From a virus (lineage: Duplodnaviria; Caudoviricetes): a stretch of 64,000 nucleotides of DNA. The translations under genes and the position numbers were made by a program. The notes under the pieces were generated by a model. The model did no database searches and was not told the origin of the DNA. It was given only the letters and a program-made list of their open reading frames with translations. Shown piece after piece: positions 8,650 to 17,895 of the stretch. Where the stretch lies: positions 1 through 64,000 of the IMG/VR virus record IMGVR_UViG_3300021255_000123, one strand, 5' to 3'. How positions within the stretch are numbered: position 1 is the stretch's first letter; each line of letters begins with the position of its first letter.

Positions 8650-10544
8650 TGTATGTATTTCCTTTCAAAATCTTCTTTTGGTAGAATTTCAAATACTTGA
8701 TTTTGTTTCGATGATATAACAATGACTGCCTCTTCCGCAACCTTGTACTTCTTAAATAGTCTTCTTGTACAATATCCGCAAAAGGGAAACGAGACCACAA
8801 AGTTATTTGGGTTTCTTTGAGAAGCATAGTCTTGTTCCAGCGCTGTAAATTCAGGTTTTACATTATCGAGTATGCTGTTGCCTGAATATGGGATGTTTTG
8901 GTGACTTAAATAATCCCTAAACAGGGGAGGTAGTTCATTGCGTTTGATATTCAGGATGGTTGCTATTTCCGTATAGCGCAAAAAAGAGAAAGATTTGAAT
9001 TGCTCCTTCTTTACCTTGAACCCGTCTTTATTTGCGCAATACACATAATGGTCGATACATCCCGGAATCAGATTATATCTGTCTTTTCCAGTTACAACAA
9101 AGTTGTTTTTGTATCTATAAGAGGGTGTTGCAGACCAGCCACAACCATATAAGAAAGGATGGTCTCTATCATGTAGATATACTTTATCTCCAGCAAACAA
9201 GAATGGCTCCAGAGATTTGATTTTATCCTTAAACATATCGAAAAGCAAGTCCCTCTGTTTTGCGTATTCGTAGTAATATTCAGAGTCGAATTTTACTTCG
9301 TACTTATCCCCCCACCTATTGCGAATATGCTGTTCAGCGACTTGTTTGTGAGCTAGATATTGAGTGTTTTTCTCAAACTCTTCGACAGTCATAAGTGTTG
9401 ATGACACACCCATCTGTTCAAGAAGTTGCTTATTTTGTACCACAAGCGCGGTTGTGTCCTCTTCAAAAATCTCTTTAACAAGTTCGTTTAACTTGTCTAT
9501 GTTGGTTTTAGAGAAATGAGAGTCATCAGACATGTTGACGTTTCCATCGGTTAGTTGCAATAGACTTGCATTGGCACCCAAGACCTGTTTGACATCATAC
9601 CCGTTGACAATTTTTTCAATAGTATAACCAATTATGTAGTATAGTGTGTTGCAGAGGTACTCATCAATAGGGAAAGTCCAAATTTCGTCGCAATTTTGGT
9701 TGGCTAATGTTTTTGCTTTTTCTCTATTCTCAATTACCTTGTCGATAAGTATATACGGCAGGAAATCAAGTTTACTCTCCCTGTCTTCCGAGAATCTTCT
9801 TCCTCCGTTTCTAAGCCTGTTTATCTGGTCCGGATTCTGATAGATAAACTTATCGGTAAGCACATACACATTACCGTTTAACGAGAATGTAATGACGAAG
9901 TATGAGAGGTCGATTTTTTTCTCAATAAACAGACCGACAGTAATCGACCAAGCGTCATCAGAGGGCCTTCCGGATATTAGTTTCTCCAAGTTGTTGGATG
10001 CGATAATATTCTTAGCTATCTTAAATTTTGTTGTTTCTGGGAGTCCATTACCGGCTCTGTACTTGTACAGATGGAAATATTTGCTGTCGATACTGTTTTT
10101 TATTGCGAGAATGTCCTGAGCATTTAGCGTTATATTGTCGTTAATTGGCATATTGGAGAGTGATAGGTTCTCTTTCTCTTTATTGTTGAAAATCTTTATG
10201 TACTCATCGCAAATGTCAATATAGTTACATGCTTCATCCAAGAAGTTGGCATACTTCCGGATTTCTGACGTATTTTTACCAATATCGTATGTGTCAATGA
10301 GAGCATAGACGCATTTACGCAATGTTACGAAGGCTGCATCAAGCTCTCCTGATAGATATAGTTTTATGGTTGATTCAAGCTCTTTAACGACCTCGTATCT
10401 TGCTAATTTACCAGAAAAATGGAATGAGTCTGTCTCTACCATTTCGGCGATACTTTTTATATCGTTATCAGATGTTTTCCCCAACCAGATAAGCATTTGC
10501 TCTATGCAGTCTTTTTTCTGTTCAAAGCTAGTTCCTACATTCAT
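8646..10544 (-). CDS. Large hypothetical protein (632 aa), AT-rich
   Basis: Long uninterrupted ORF; no recognisable family motif. Confidence 0.8.
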   Translation of the reverse strand: MNVGTSFEQKKDCIEQMLIWLGKTSDNDIKSIAEMVETDSFHFSGKLARYEVVKELESTIKLYLSGELDAAFVTLRKCVYALIDTYDIGKNTSEIRKYANFLDEACNYIDICDEYIKIFNNKEKENLSLSNMPINDNITLNAQDILAIKNSIDSKYFHLYKYRAGNGLPETTKFKIAKNIIASNNLEKLISGRPSDDAWSITVGLFIEKKIDLSYFVITFSLNGNVYVLTDKFIYQNPDQINRLRNGGRRFSEDRESKLDFLPYILIDKVIENREKAKTLANQNCDEIWTFPIDEYLCNTLYYIIGYTIEKIVNGYDVKQVLGANASLLQLTDGNVNMSDDSHFSKTNIDKLNELVKEIFEEDTTALVVQNKQLLEQMGVSSTLMTVEEFEKNTQYLAHKQVAEQHIRNRWGDKYEVKFDSEYYYEYAKQRDLLFDMFKDKIKSLEPFLFAGDKVYLHDRDHPFLYGCGWSATPSYRYKNNFVVTGKDRYNLIPGCIDHYVYCANKDGFKVKKEQFKSFSFLRYTEIATILNIKRNELPPLFRDYLSHQNIPYSGNSILDNVKPEFTALEQDYASQRNPNNFVVSFPFCGYCTRRLFKKYKVAEEAVIVISSKQNQVFEILPKEDFERKYIQ

Positions 10545-10752
10545 GCTATTTCGAGTTTTGAGGTTAGCGTTTCGATTTCTTCATCCAGCTCGGCATTACG
10601 CTTCCGGAGAAAATTGTTTTGGTCTACTGTGGGCCAGTACCGCATTGATAACAGCCGGCCCACTGGTTCAGGGCGATAAAAGCGCCGATGGTAACGAGGC
10701 TGATTGCGAGGACAATCAGGCAGAAAATGTTGTTGAACTTGTAATTTTTCAT
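10541..10752 (-). pseudogene. Frameshifted small membrane protein gene (MKNYKFNNIFCLIVLAISLVTIGAF...RNAELDEEIETLTSKLEIA)
   Basis: TM N-terminus stops early, while a coiled-coil C-terminus in another frame ends in a TGA overlapping the ATG of the 632-aa ORF; indels near 10630-10660; could be a sequencing error. Confidence 0.4.
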
Positions 10753-10787
10753 TTCTTTAAATATTTGATTGTTAATGAATAGGTTGG

Positions 10788-11024
10788 TTACTTGTTTTCA
10801 GCTTCTAATTGTTGTATTCTATCGTTTATGTACCAGATAGCTTTACGGAGGTCTTCAATTTCTTTCTGTCTGTCTGTAAGATTTCCATCTTGTTTAAGGC
10901 CAGCCCTCCAGAGGTATTTGATTGCATTTCCGATAGAAAAACAATAATGTCGAGCTATGTCAATACATTCTACACCAGATGGATGAGAATTATAGTGGCT
11001 CGGATGGTTTACGTTGTCTGCCAT
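10788..11024 (-). CDS. DUF3310-family protein
   Basis: DNVNHPSHYN...ECIDI...GNAIKYLWRAGLK...EDLRKAIWYI signature. Confidence 0.85.
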   Translation of the reverse strand: MADNVNHPSHYNSHPSGVECIDIARHYCFSIGNAIKYLWRAGLKQDGNLTDRQKEIEDLRKAIWYINDRIQQLEAENK

Positions 11025-11650
11025 TACTCTGCATTTATATCGTCAAACACAACTGGAATACGCTCCTTGAACATTGCCAAAAGCGGAATGGCAATCTCAC
11101 GCATCTGCGGATGTGCTGCCTTAGACGTTCTCAGCGTGAAGAAATGCCTCCACTCGCGCAGGTTCATCGTCATTACCACCTCCGTCTTCAACGAGTTCGG
11201 CAGAACGCTACGGGCTTCCTGAGGCGTGGCCCCAAGTTCAATCAGCTTATTGTAGCCAGCTTCGACTTGTGCAATGGTCTGTTCCCAAACCTTGCGTTTC
11301 TCATCGTCCTGCGGCCAGAAACACGGCTCAATCACCGTTATCTCGCTACCGAACTTACCCTTGGTGTAGTTGCAGTAGCGGGTCGATTCCTGCGTATAGC
11401 TCGCCAGACGGTGGCGCACTATCTCATGCGACACGCCACGGTCGCACACCACACGGGCGGTTACGCTCTGATGCTCGAACACAGACAGATGGCCGCGTTT
11501 GAGTATCATTTGCACGAAGGCTTTTGTCGAGTCGGAGGTAATTTTATCCTCGCTCTTGTAGGCAGTCCGTCCTGCCAGTTCAAGTTGTTTCAGAATATAG
11601 TCGCCATCCACATGGGATTCGATACTTACTTGTGGTTTTGTTACGTTCAT
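11024..11650 (-). CDS. thyX: FAD-dependent thymidylate synthase
   Basis: GHLSVFEH, RHRLASYTQESTRY (RHRxxSxxxxS), EARSVLP, N/LREWRHF. Confidence 0.95.
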   Translation of the reverse strand: MNVTKPQVSIESHVDGDYILKQLELAGRTAYKSEDKITSDSTKAFVQMILKRGHLSVFEHQSVTARVVCDRGVSHEIVRHRLASYTQESTRYCNYTKGKFGSEITVIEPCFWPQDDEKRKVWEQTIAQVEAGYNKLIELGATPQEARSVLPNSLKTEVVMTMNLREWRHFFTLRTSKAAHPQMREIAIPLLAMFKERIPVVFDDINAE

Positions 11651-11667
11651 TTCTTTTGGGTTTTATG

Positions 11668-13641
11668 TTACTTTGATTCGATTTTGAGACTGGTCTCGGA
11701 GCAGAAGAGGTAGAACATCTGCACACCGTCCATTGTCGGCAGGTTGTCGGAGTTTATCACGCTGCTTTCATCAACGAAGCACGGCATATTCACTCCGATT
11801 TTGTCGCAAAAGAATCGCTGCACGTCGATAGCTGTAACAATGCGGCTTGCTCCGTTTGTGCAAGCATACGACACACCCTGAGCGTCTTTCAGAACAAGGT
11901 CCGGGATGACGGTGCCATCCTTCTGCTTCGACCACACCTCGATGCGGCTGAACTTCAAGCCATCGTTGACCTTGTGGCTGAGGATTTCCATCTGCTCCTG
12001 CTTGTAGTCTTTGACAAGCTGGCGCTGGCGCTCGTAGGTTGCAAGCTCGACGCCTTTCTCTCGCTGCTCATTGCGGAGTTCCTCGATGGTGTTGCGGAGC
12101 TTCTCGGCACGGGCTTTCAGGCCGCGTTTCTCGTATAGGGGAACCAACTCGGCGTTGATTCTGTCTTTCTCGGCCTTAATGTCGGAATCGTCCGGCATCT
12201 TGACCTCCGGGATGACGATGGCGTCGATGGCGGCTTGGAGTTCCTTACCGTGGTCGGTGGCAGCGAACACCTCTTTGCTCGTGGAGCGACCGGTAAGCTC
12301 GGCAATGCGTTTCTCCTGCTTCTCGGTGGACTGGTTCAGAACCTCAGGAAGGGGAGCGTCGATGAACGGCTGGGCGTCTTCGGCAATCTTGGTCAGGCGC
12401 TCAATCTCGGCGTTCTCGCTCTTGCCTCTGGCGACAATCTTCTGGATGTTCTCGCGTTTAACAAACTCAAACTTGTCGATGACCTCCTGCAACTTCTCGC
12501 CTGTGAGTTCTGCACCGCAATACTGGCAGACTCTCGCTGACGGGTCCATCGTGCGGGACATTTCCTTGTCGCGGTCGATGATGCACTGTTCACGTCTCTG
12601 CTCGGCCAGCTGGAGTTCGCGGATGGCGTTGTCGCGTTCCGTGGTCTTTTGCTGACGGACTCTGACGGCCTCATCGTACTTGGCTTTGCTGTCGGCGTTC
12701 TGGCGACGGACGGCGTTAATCTCGCTTGTCAGACGGTTGATTTCCTCCTGAGGCTCGTTGCACCACTTGCGGTATGCCTCATCGAGGAGGGTCTGCTTCA
12801 TCTGGCGAGAGGAGATAGCGTTGGCACGGGCCTCCATCTGGGGCTTCATGCGCTCGGTGAGGTCGAGCTGGCGTTTCTCGCAAGCCTCACGCTCACCTTC
12901 GAGACGAATAATCTCTCTCTCGTTGGCGGCAAAGTCAGTCTGCTCAATCTCGGAGATTTCGTTGGTCATACTTTGGATGAGCGACGGGATTTCGTCGAGG
13001 CGCTGCTTGATGCCCTTAGAGAGGTTGGCTGCGCGGTTCTCAATCTCATCGAGGCTGTACTTTGTCAGCAGGTCGGCAATGAGAGTGTAGTCACCCTTCA
13101 TTTCCTCCGGCGTAACCTCGCCGACAATACGCTCGATGATTTGACGGGCCTTCTTCTTGTCGTCGAAGATTTGGCTGATGAAAAACTCACCACCGAGGAC
13201 GAAACGCATCATGTCGTCCGGAGCAATGTTGGCATTCAGCCAATCCTTGAAGTCAGTCGCGTTGCGAGAGATATTGTCGATGGAGTATCCATACTCATCA
13301 CTTGCGGCCTTCTCGTACTTATCTGTGCCCTTCTTACGGGTGAACTTTGCTTTGGCTGTACGCTCCAGACGGTAGCTCTCGTTACCAATCCGTACCACGG
13401 CCCATACGGAGGCCACCGGTGTGTTCTCGTTAAGCTCGATGCGGTCATCGAACAGCTTTGAGTTGGCCGGGCTGTTGGGGTCTGTGTACGCACACATCAG
13501 CCAGTTCCATGCAGCGAGACGGGTTGACTTACCACTCCTGTTTCTTCCGCTTATGGAAACAGACATGCCGTTATACTTGTCGCAGAAGTTCTGTCCACGG
13601 AAATTTGAGCATCCAAGCTCTAAGATTTTAACGTCTGTCAT
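11668..13641 (-). CDS. Rad50/SbcC/SMC-like ATPase with long coiled coil
   Basis: Walker A GRNRSGKST, central coiled coil with CQYC zinc hook, C-terminal FVDE Walker B. Confidence 0.85.
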   Translation of the reverse strand: MTDVKILELGCSNFRGQNFCDKYNGMSVSISGRNRSGKSTRLAAWNWLMCAYTDPNSPANSKLFDDRIELNENTPVASVWAVVRIGNESYRLERTAKAKFTRKKGTDKYEKAASDEYGYSIDNISRNATDFKDWLNANIAPDDMMRFVLGGEFFISQIFDDKKKARQIIERIVGEVTPEEMKGDYTLIADLLTKYSLDEIENRAANLSKGIKQRLDEIPSLIQSMTNEISEIEQTDFAANEREIIRLEGEREACEKRQLDLTERMKPQMEARANAISSRQMKQTLLDEAYRKWCNEPQEEINRLTSEINAVRRQNADSKAKYDEAVRVRQQKTTERDNAIRELQLAEQRREQCIIDRDKEMSRTMDPSARVCQYCGAELTGEKLQEVIDKFEFVKRENIQKIVARGKSENAEIERLTKIAEDAQPFIDAPLPEVLNQSTEKQEKRIAELTGRSTSKEVFAATDHGKELQAAIDAIVIPEVKMPDDSDIKAEKDRINAELVPLYEKRGLKARAEKLRNTIEELRNEQREKGVELATYERQRQLVKDYKQEQMEILSHKVNDGLKFSRIEVWSKQKDGTVIPDLVLKDAQGVSYACTNGASRIVTAIDVQRFFCDKIGVNMPCFVDESSVINSDNLPTMDGVQMFYLFCSETSLKIESK

Positions 13642-13669
13642 ATCAGTTGTTTATTGTTTAATTTTGATG

Positions 13670-13677
13670 CAAAAGTA
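13670..13677 (-). promoter_or_regulatory. Bacteroidota sigma70 -7 element
   Basis: TACTTTTG on minus strand just upstream of the ATPase gene. Confidence 0.6.
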
Positions 13678-13711
13678 CGAAGAAAATTTGAATTACGAAA
13701 AAAAAAGTTCG

Positions 13712-14245
13712 CTAAATTTCGTAATAATTTTTTAATGTATTGTAGTTCATTAGGTTGTACTTGAAATATTTTTTCACGGAGCCTCGATAATCACTCCCAC
13801 AACCGGGGTTCCACACGTCGATGGCCCTGTCTATTTCAAGATTTGGGTTATGTCGTTCCTGTACAATCTTGAATATGGCGTAGCTTCCTTGCCGGTCGTA
13901 ACGGTCATCGTAATTGAAGCAATCGAAGCCTACAATGCGGTTTGCTTCGCGTACCATTATTTTCGACAGCTGGAGGCATCCTACCCATCGTCCGCATGGT
14001 GATACGGCTCGGTGGTCGAAGTTGCTTTCCTGCTGAGCGAAAGCCATAGCCATAGCGTTGATGGTGTCTTCGCGGGACAACCGGGCCACATCCACGGTGT
14101 CGATGATGACAACCACGGTGTCATGCGGAGGAGGCGTTACCTCTACCGTTTTCCATTTTGTTCCGGGGAGAGCCAGTACGATAAATGCAACGGCTACTAC
14201 AATAAAAGCCATCACGTTTGAGAATTTGCTGTTTTTGCGTTCCAT
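13712..14245 (-). CDS. Membrane-anchored lytic transglycosylase (SLT-like)
   Basis: N-terminal TM; AQQESNF catalytic Glu motif; GCLQL; AIDVWNPG. Confidence 0.7.
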   Translation of the reverse strand: MERKNSKFSNVMAFIVVAVAFIVLALPGTKWKTVEVTPPPHDTVVVIIDTVDVARLSREDTINAMAMAFAQQESNFDHRAVSPCGRWVGCLQLSKIMVREANRIVGFDCFNYDDRYDRQGSYAIFKIVQERHNPNLEIDRAIDVWNPGCGSDYRGSVKKYFKYNLMNYNTLKNYYEI

Positions 14246-14267
14246 AACTTTTTTATTTTAATTGTTA

Positions 14268-15071
14268 TTACTCGAACAGGCTTAATTGTGTGCCTGTCTT
14301 AATTTCCGTCGGGAGGGTGTAGGAGTCTTCAAATTTGTCGATGTGCTCCTGCGGTAGAGCGTCCTTCTTGATGCGGTAGTGCTTTATCCATCCTTTCTCG
14401 GCTATATCAAGCCACCACTTGCGGCGTTGCTCCTCAATATCCTTGGCGGTCGCCAGCGTGTATTCCCAATATGTAGAGAACACGGCGCCGGACACCATGT
14501 GCCTCAGGCGGTCAATCTTGAAGAATGTGAAATGCTCGTAGTCCAGAGTCAGGGCGTTTCCGCACGTTACCTCGCCGGCGACGGAGTTTGTTACGAAGTT
14601 GAGCAGCGTCATCTTCGCACAGGTCATCGACAGGTCGTTTGCATAAAGCTCGATGTCTTTGCCTTCGTTGCGGGCCACCTTCAAGGCGTTGAGCAATGTC
14701 CTGCCGCTTCCACAGGCCGGGTCGTTCACCGTGGCGCCATCCTCGATGCCTACAATCTCAGACATCAGGAGAGACACGCTGTCCGGGGTGAAGAACTGGC
14801 CTTTCTCGCCGTGGCTGATACGTCTCATGAACATATCGCCGAGCGGGTCTTTGAAGTCTTCGGCTTCCTCGCCATAGGCTTGCATGGCGTCAATCATATT
14901 CATTTTGAAGTCAGGATTGCTGTGCATGTGCTTGAACAACTCGCGCTGCCTGTCGTTTGGATTGTTGCAGAAGAACTGCAGCTGGAGGTCGAGGAAATTG
15001 TCGAAGCAGTCAGCAAACTGCGTTCTGCCTCCGATAGATAACTTCTCGATGCACTTTTCTAAAGAGTCCAT
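14268..15071 (-). CDS. HsdM/N-6 DNA methylase-like protein, catalytic motif IV not found
   Basis: GQFFTP and VNDPACGSGRTLL (SAM-binding motif I), LYANDL, CAKMTLLN; no NPPF/Y; ends QLSLFE. Confidence 0.75.
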   Translation of the reverse strand: MDSLEKCIEKLSIGGRTQFADCFDNFLDLQLQFFCNNPNDRQRELFKHMHSNPDFKMNMIDAMQAYGEEAEDFKDPLGDMFMRRISHGEKGQFFTPDSVSLLMSEIVGIEDGATVNDPACGSGRTLLNALKVARNEGKDIELYANDLSMTCAKMTLLNFVTNSVAGEVTCGNALTLDYEHFTFFKIDRLRHMVSGAVFSTYWEYTLATAKDIEEQRRKWWLDIAEKGWIKHYRIKKDALPQEHIDKFEDSYTLPTEIKTGTQLSLFE

Positions 15072-15090
15072 AGGGCTGAAATTTTGGTTA

Positions 15091-15098
15091 CAAAATTA
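15091..15098 (-). promoter_or_regulatory. Bacteroidota -7 element for the methylase-like gene
   Basis: TAATTTTG on minus strand. Confidence 0.5.
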
Positions 15099-15210
15099 GT
15101 GATTATTTCCGGATGATGAAAAAACCTTTTCACCATTATCAATTACAATGTTGTATATGTTATTGAATTATAGCGTAAAATATTCAATAGTATTGAGGAT
15201 TGATTGTTAG

Positions 15211-15218
15211 TACCTTTG
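15211..15218 (+). promoter_or_regulatory. Bacteroidota -7 element for the plus-strand island
   Basis: TACCTTTG about 50 nt upstream of ATG 15269. Confidence 0.6.
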
Positions 15219-15268
15219 CCTCCGGTTGCAACCACAAACGCAGTATTAACAATTAAATCATCAAACAA

Positions 15269-16144
15269 ATGAGCGAAACTATCGTGGTTCCCGACAACGG
15301 GAACAATGCAAACAACGCACTGCCTTGGATGCTTGCCGGTAACGGCGGCTTCGGCAACGGTCTGTTTGGTGGCGGTCTCGGAACCGGTTTCATCGGCGGT
15401 CTCTTCGGTGGACTCCTGACGAACTGGCTCGGCATCGGTGGTAACGGTATGTACGGTGCCAATGGTGCCGGCGCTGCCGCTTCCCTCGGTGCTCAGGCTA
15501 CTGCCAACAACAACACCGACCTCCTGATGAACGCCATCACCAGCCAAGGTGAGCAAAGCCGTCAGGCCGTCCAGACCCTCAGCACCATGCTCGGTCAGGA
15601 CTTCAACACCGTCAACAGCGCCGTCAACGGCATCCAGACTGCATTGGCTACCGTGGCCGCCAATCAGGGCATGAACACCATGCAGGTCGTCAATGCCATC
15701 CAGAGCGGCAATGCCACTCTCGCCAGCCAGCTTTGCAGTTGTTGCTGCCAGATGCAGCAGCAGGTCATGCAGCAGGGCTACGAGGGTCAAATCCGCACTC
15801 TGGAGCAGACCAACAGCCTGAACACGACCATCAACATGAATGGCCAGCGCAACGTCGATGCCATTTCCGACCTCAAAGCCTCCATGATTTCGGAGTTCTG
15901 TGCCGTCAAGGAACGCGAAATGCAGTCCAAGATTGACACTCAGGCCGACATCATAGGCCAGCTCCGCAACGCTGCCGACAACGCTGCACAGACCAATCAG
16001 ATTTTGGCCTACATCAACAGCGTGTTCGGTCCGCTGCAAGCTCAGGTCTCGGCTATCGCCGGCAAGTTGCCGAACACCGTCCCGGTGGTGTACCCCAACC
16101 TCACCGTGACTCCGGCCTCAACGACACCTACCACGGGTGCCTAA
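15269..16144 (+). CDS. Gly-rich / Gln-Asn-rich coiled-coil protein with CSCCC motif
   Basis: 291-aa ORF, hydrophobic Gly-rich N-terminal segment, QLCSCCCQMQQQ; high-expression-type codon usage. Confidence 0.8.
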   Translation: MSETIVVPDNGNNANNALPWMLAGNGGFGNGLFGGGLGTGFIGGLFGGLLTNWLGIGGNGMYGANGAGAAASLGAQATANNNTDLLMNAITSQGEQSRQAVQTLSTMLGQDFNTVNSAVNGIQTALATVAANQGMNTMQVVNAIQSGNATLASQLCSCCCQMQQQVMQQGYEGQIRTLEQTNSLNTTINMNGQRNVDAISDLKASMISEFCAVKEREMQSKIDTQADIIGQLRNAADNAAQTNQILAYINSVFGPLQAQVSAIAGKLPNTVPVVYPNLTVTPASTTPTTGA

Positions 16145-16169
16145 TTATTAACCATTAACGCAGATTGCT

Positions 16170-16700
16170 ATGTTTGGAAGTCTAAGAGCAGGTTCGTTAA
16201 TCTACATCCTTAACAAGGGAGAGAACCCAAGTTTGAATATCGGGCAGGTCCTCAATGTTACTGCCCCCAGAGCCAAGGTTGGCTCACAGTTCATGCCTAA
16301 CCCGATGCAGGTCGAGCAGGTCGTTGACATCAATGTGAAGGTTGGTGAGGACACCAAGACATTCTCGAATGTCAGCACCCATTTGTCGGTGGTTGACACC
16401 GGCGCCGGAGGTTATGTAATCTCAGACGATAAATCTGCCATCACAAACGAGGTTGAAGCCTTCGGGACCAACAGTCAGAACGCCCTCAACAGCATCCCCT
16501 ACCACAAGAAGGTGGTTGCTGCCTGTAAGCAGATGATGGTTGACCTCAATCCCAGCTTGCAGAAGGAGGCTGAACGCGATACGAAAATCAGCAACCTTGA
16601 AAAGGAGCTGGCTGAAATCAAAGGAGGTTTCTCAGAGTTGACCGCCTTACTCAAAGGCGCCCTCCAGCCACAGCAGTCTGCGTTGATTAAACCTCAGTAA
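16170..16700 (+). CDS. Hypothetical protein with C-terminal coiled coil
   Basis: 176-aa ORF, second gene of island. Confidence 0.75.
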   Translation: MFGSLRAGSLIYILNKGENPSLNIGQVLNVTAPRAKVGSQFMPNPMQVEQVVDINVKVGEDTKTFSNVSTHLSVVDTGAGGYVISDDKSAITNEVEAFGTNSQNALNSIPYHKKVVAACKQMMVDLNPSLQKEAERDTKISNLEKELAEIKGGFSELTALLKGALQPQQSALIKPQ

Positions 16701-16702
16701 TC

Positions 16703-16939
16703 ATGGGCTACACAATCATTCACAGAAAAGACAAGGAGAAGATGGCCGACATGGTGGAGGACATTCTCTACACCGCCGGTCGCCTGATGTCCTGTGTCGA
16801 GGAACTCGAAGACTCCAGCATGATGGGTGAGCGTCGTTACCCGGACGGTATGGGGATGCGTGACGGTGGTCGTATGGGCTACCGTTGGGACGACCCCTAC
16901 ATGATGGGTGAACGCCGTGGCATCGTCAGACGTTACTAG
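16703..16939 (+). CDS. Small Met/Gly/Arg-rich low-complexity protein
   Basis: Repeated MMGERR, MGMRDGGRMGYR. Confidence 0.7.
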   Translation: MGYTIIHRKDKEKMADMVEDILYTAGRLMSCVEELEDSSMMGERRYPDGMGMRDGGRMGYRWDDPYMMGERRGIVRRY

Positions 16940-16953
16940 ACGTTCCAAACGCG

Positions 16954-16989
16954 GGGTAGGAGGCTCCGGCCTCCTACCCTCTTTATTTG
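16954..16989 (+). terminator. Intrinsic terminator-like hairpin
   Basis: GGGTAGGAGGC-TCCG-GCCTCCTACCC followed by TCTTTATTT. Confidence 0.7.
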
Positions 16990-17054
16990 CAGAGCAAATC
17001 ACACTGCAAGACAATAAACAGAATATCAATAACTTTTTATCTTCACAGAAAATC

Positions 17055-17468
17055 ATGGATAAATCAAGACAACCTCTCGATATGTACGACATCATCCCGG
17101 AAGAGCAGCGGGCATACCTGATGAACTACGGCAAGCACTTCAACGAGAAGATGTGCAAGTTTGCCGTGAGCCTGATGCGCGACCGCAACGGCAAGAAGAT
17201 TTCGTTGATGAAGAAGGATGACGTTCTCGCTAAACTCAAAGAGAACGGCGTGACGCTGGAGAACGATGTCATGTGCGACAGCACTTTCGTCTATCACATG
17301 GCCCTGAGCGACTTCATGGGTAGCAGTATCGAGGACGAGAAGCACATCTGCCTCTATGTCAAAGACCTCATCGACGACGAAGACCAGCGGGACGGCTTCA
17401 TCTTTGCCCGCTTTGTAAGCGACTGCATCAACAACGGAGAGCCTATTGATTGGGCTGAAATGCTGTAG
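17055..17468 (+). CDS. Hypothetical phage protein (MDKSRQPLDMYD...NYGKHFNEKMC)
   Basis: 137-aa ORF, start at MDKSR. Confidence 0.75.
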   Translation: MDKSRQPLDMYDIIPEEQRAYLMNYGKHFNEKMCKFAVSLMRDRNGKKISLMKKDDVLAKLKENGVTLENDVMCDSTFVYHMALSDFMGSSIEDEKHICLYVKDLIDDEDQRDGFIFARFVSDCINNGEPIDWAEML

Positions 17469-17469
17469 T

Positions 17470-17895
17470 ATGAAAGTCCAACGCTTATACCTCGGCCCGT
17501 ACAGATGGCGAATGACCGTGTTCTACGACACGGCCCCGGAAGACTGCGACACTATCCTGAAATGTCTCGCTGACATCGGATGCGAAAGACGCAAACTTGG
17601 ACGTGCGGAAGAAAACCTCCGTAGAGGGGTCAGAAATACCGGTCTGACGTTCTCAAATCGTCAGGACAGGGAAAGTATCGTCGTACTGTCCGAAAGCTCG
17701 TCAGAAGCCGAATTTGCGAATACTTGGTTCCACGAGGTCTTCCATGCCGCTATACACATAGCCGAGGCAGACGGTCTCGGATGTAATGGTGAGCCTGTGG
17801 CGTACATCGGAGGCTACATTGCCATGAGGATGCAGCCACAGGCATCACTCTTCATGTGTTCAAAATGCCACGAATATGAAATGCAGGAGAATTAG
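17470..17895 (+). CDS. Putative zinc metallopeptidase
   Basis: HEVFH (HExxH) plus downstream GEPVAY. Confidence 0.65.
   Translation: MKVQRLYLGPYRWRMTVFYDTAPEDCDTILKCLADIGCERRKLGRAEENLRRGVRNTGLTFSNRQDRESIVVLSESSSEAEFANTWFHEVFHAAIHIAEADGLGCNGEPVAYIGGYIAMRMQPQASLFMCSKCHEYEMQEN

Noticed and set aside
10979-13461. Long plus-strand ORFs antisense to thyX and the ATPase (and similar ones antisense to MCP, portal, TerL and the island)
   Set aside because: These are shadow frames produced by GC-rich codon bias of the real genes, with no motifs or start context.
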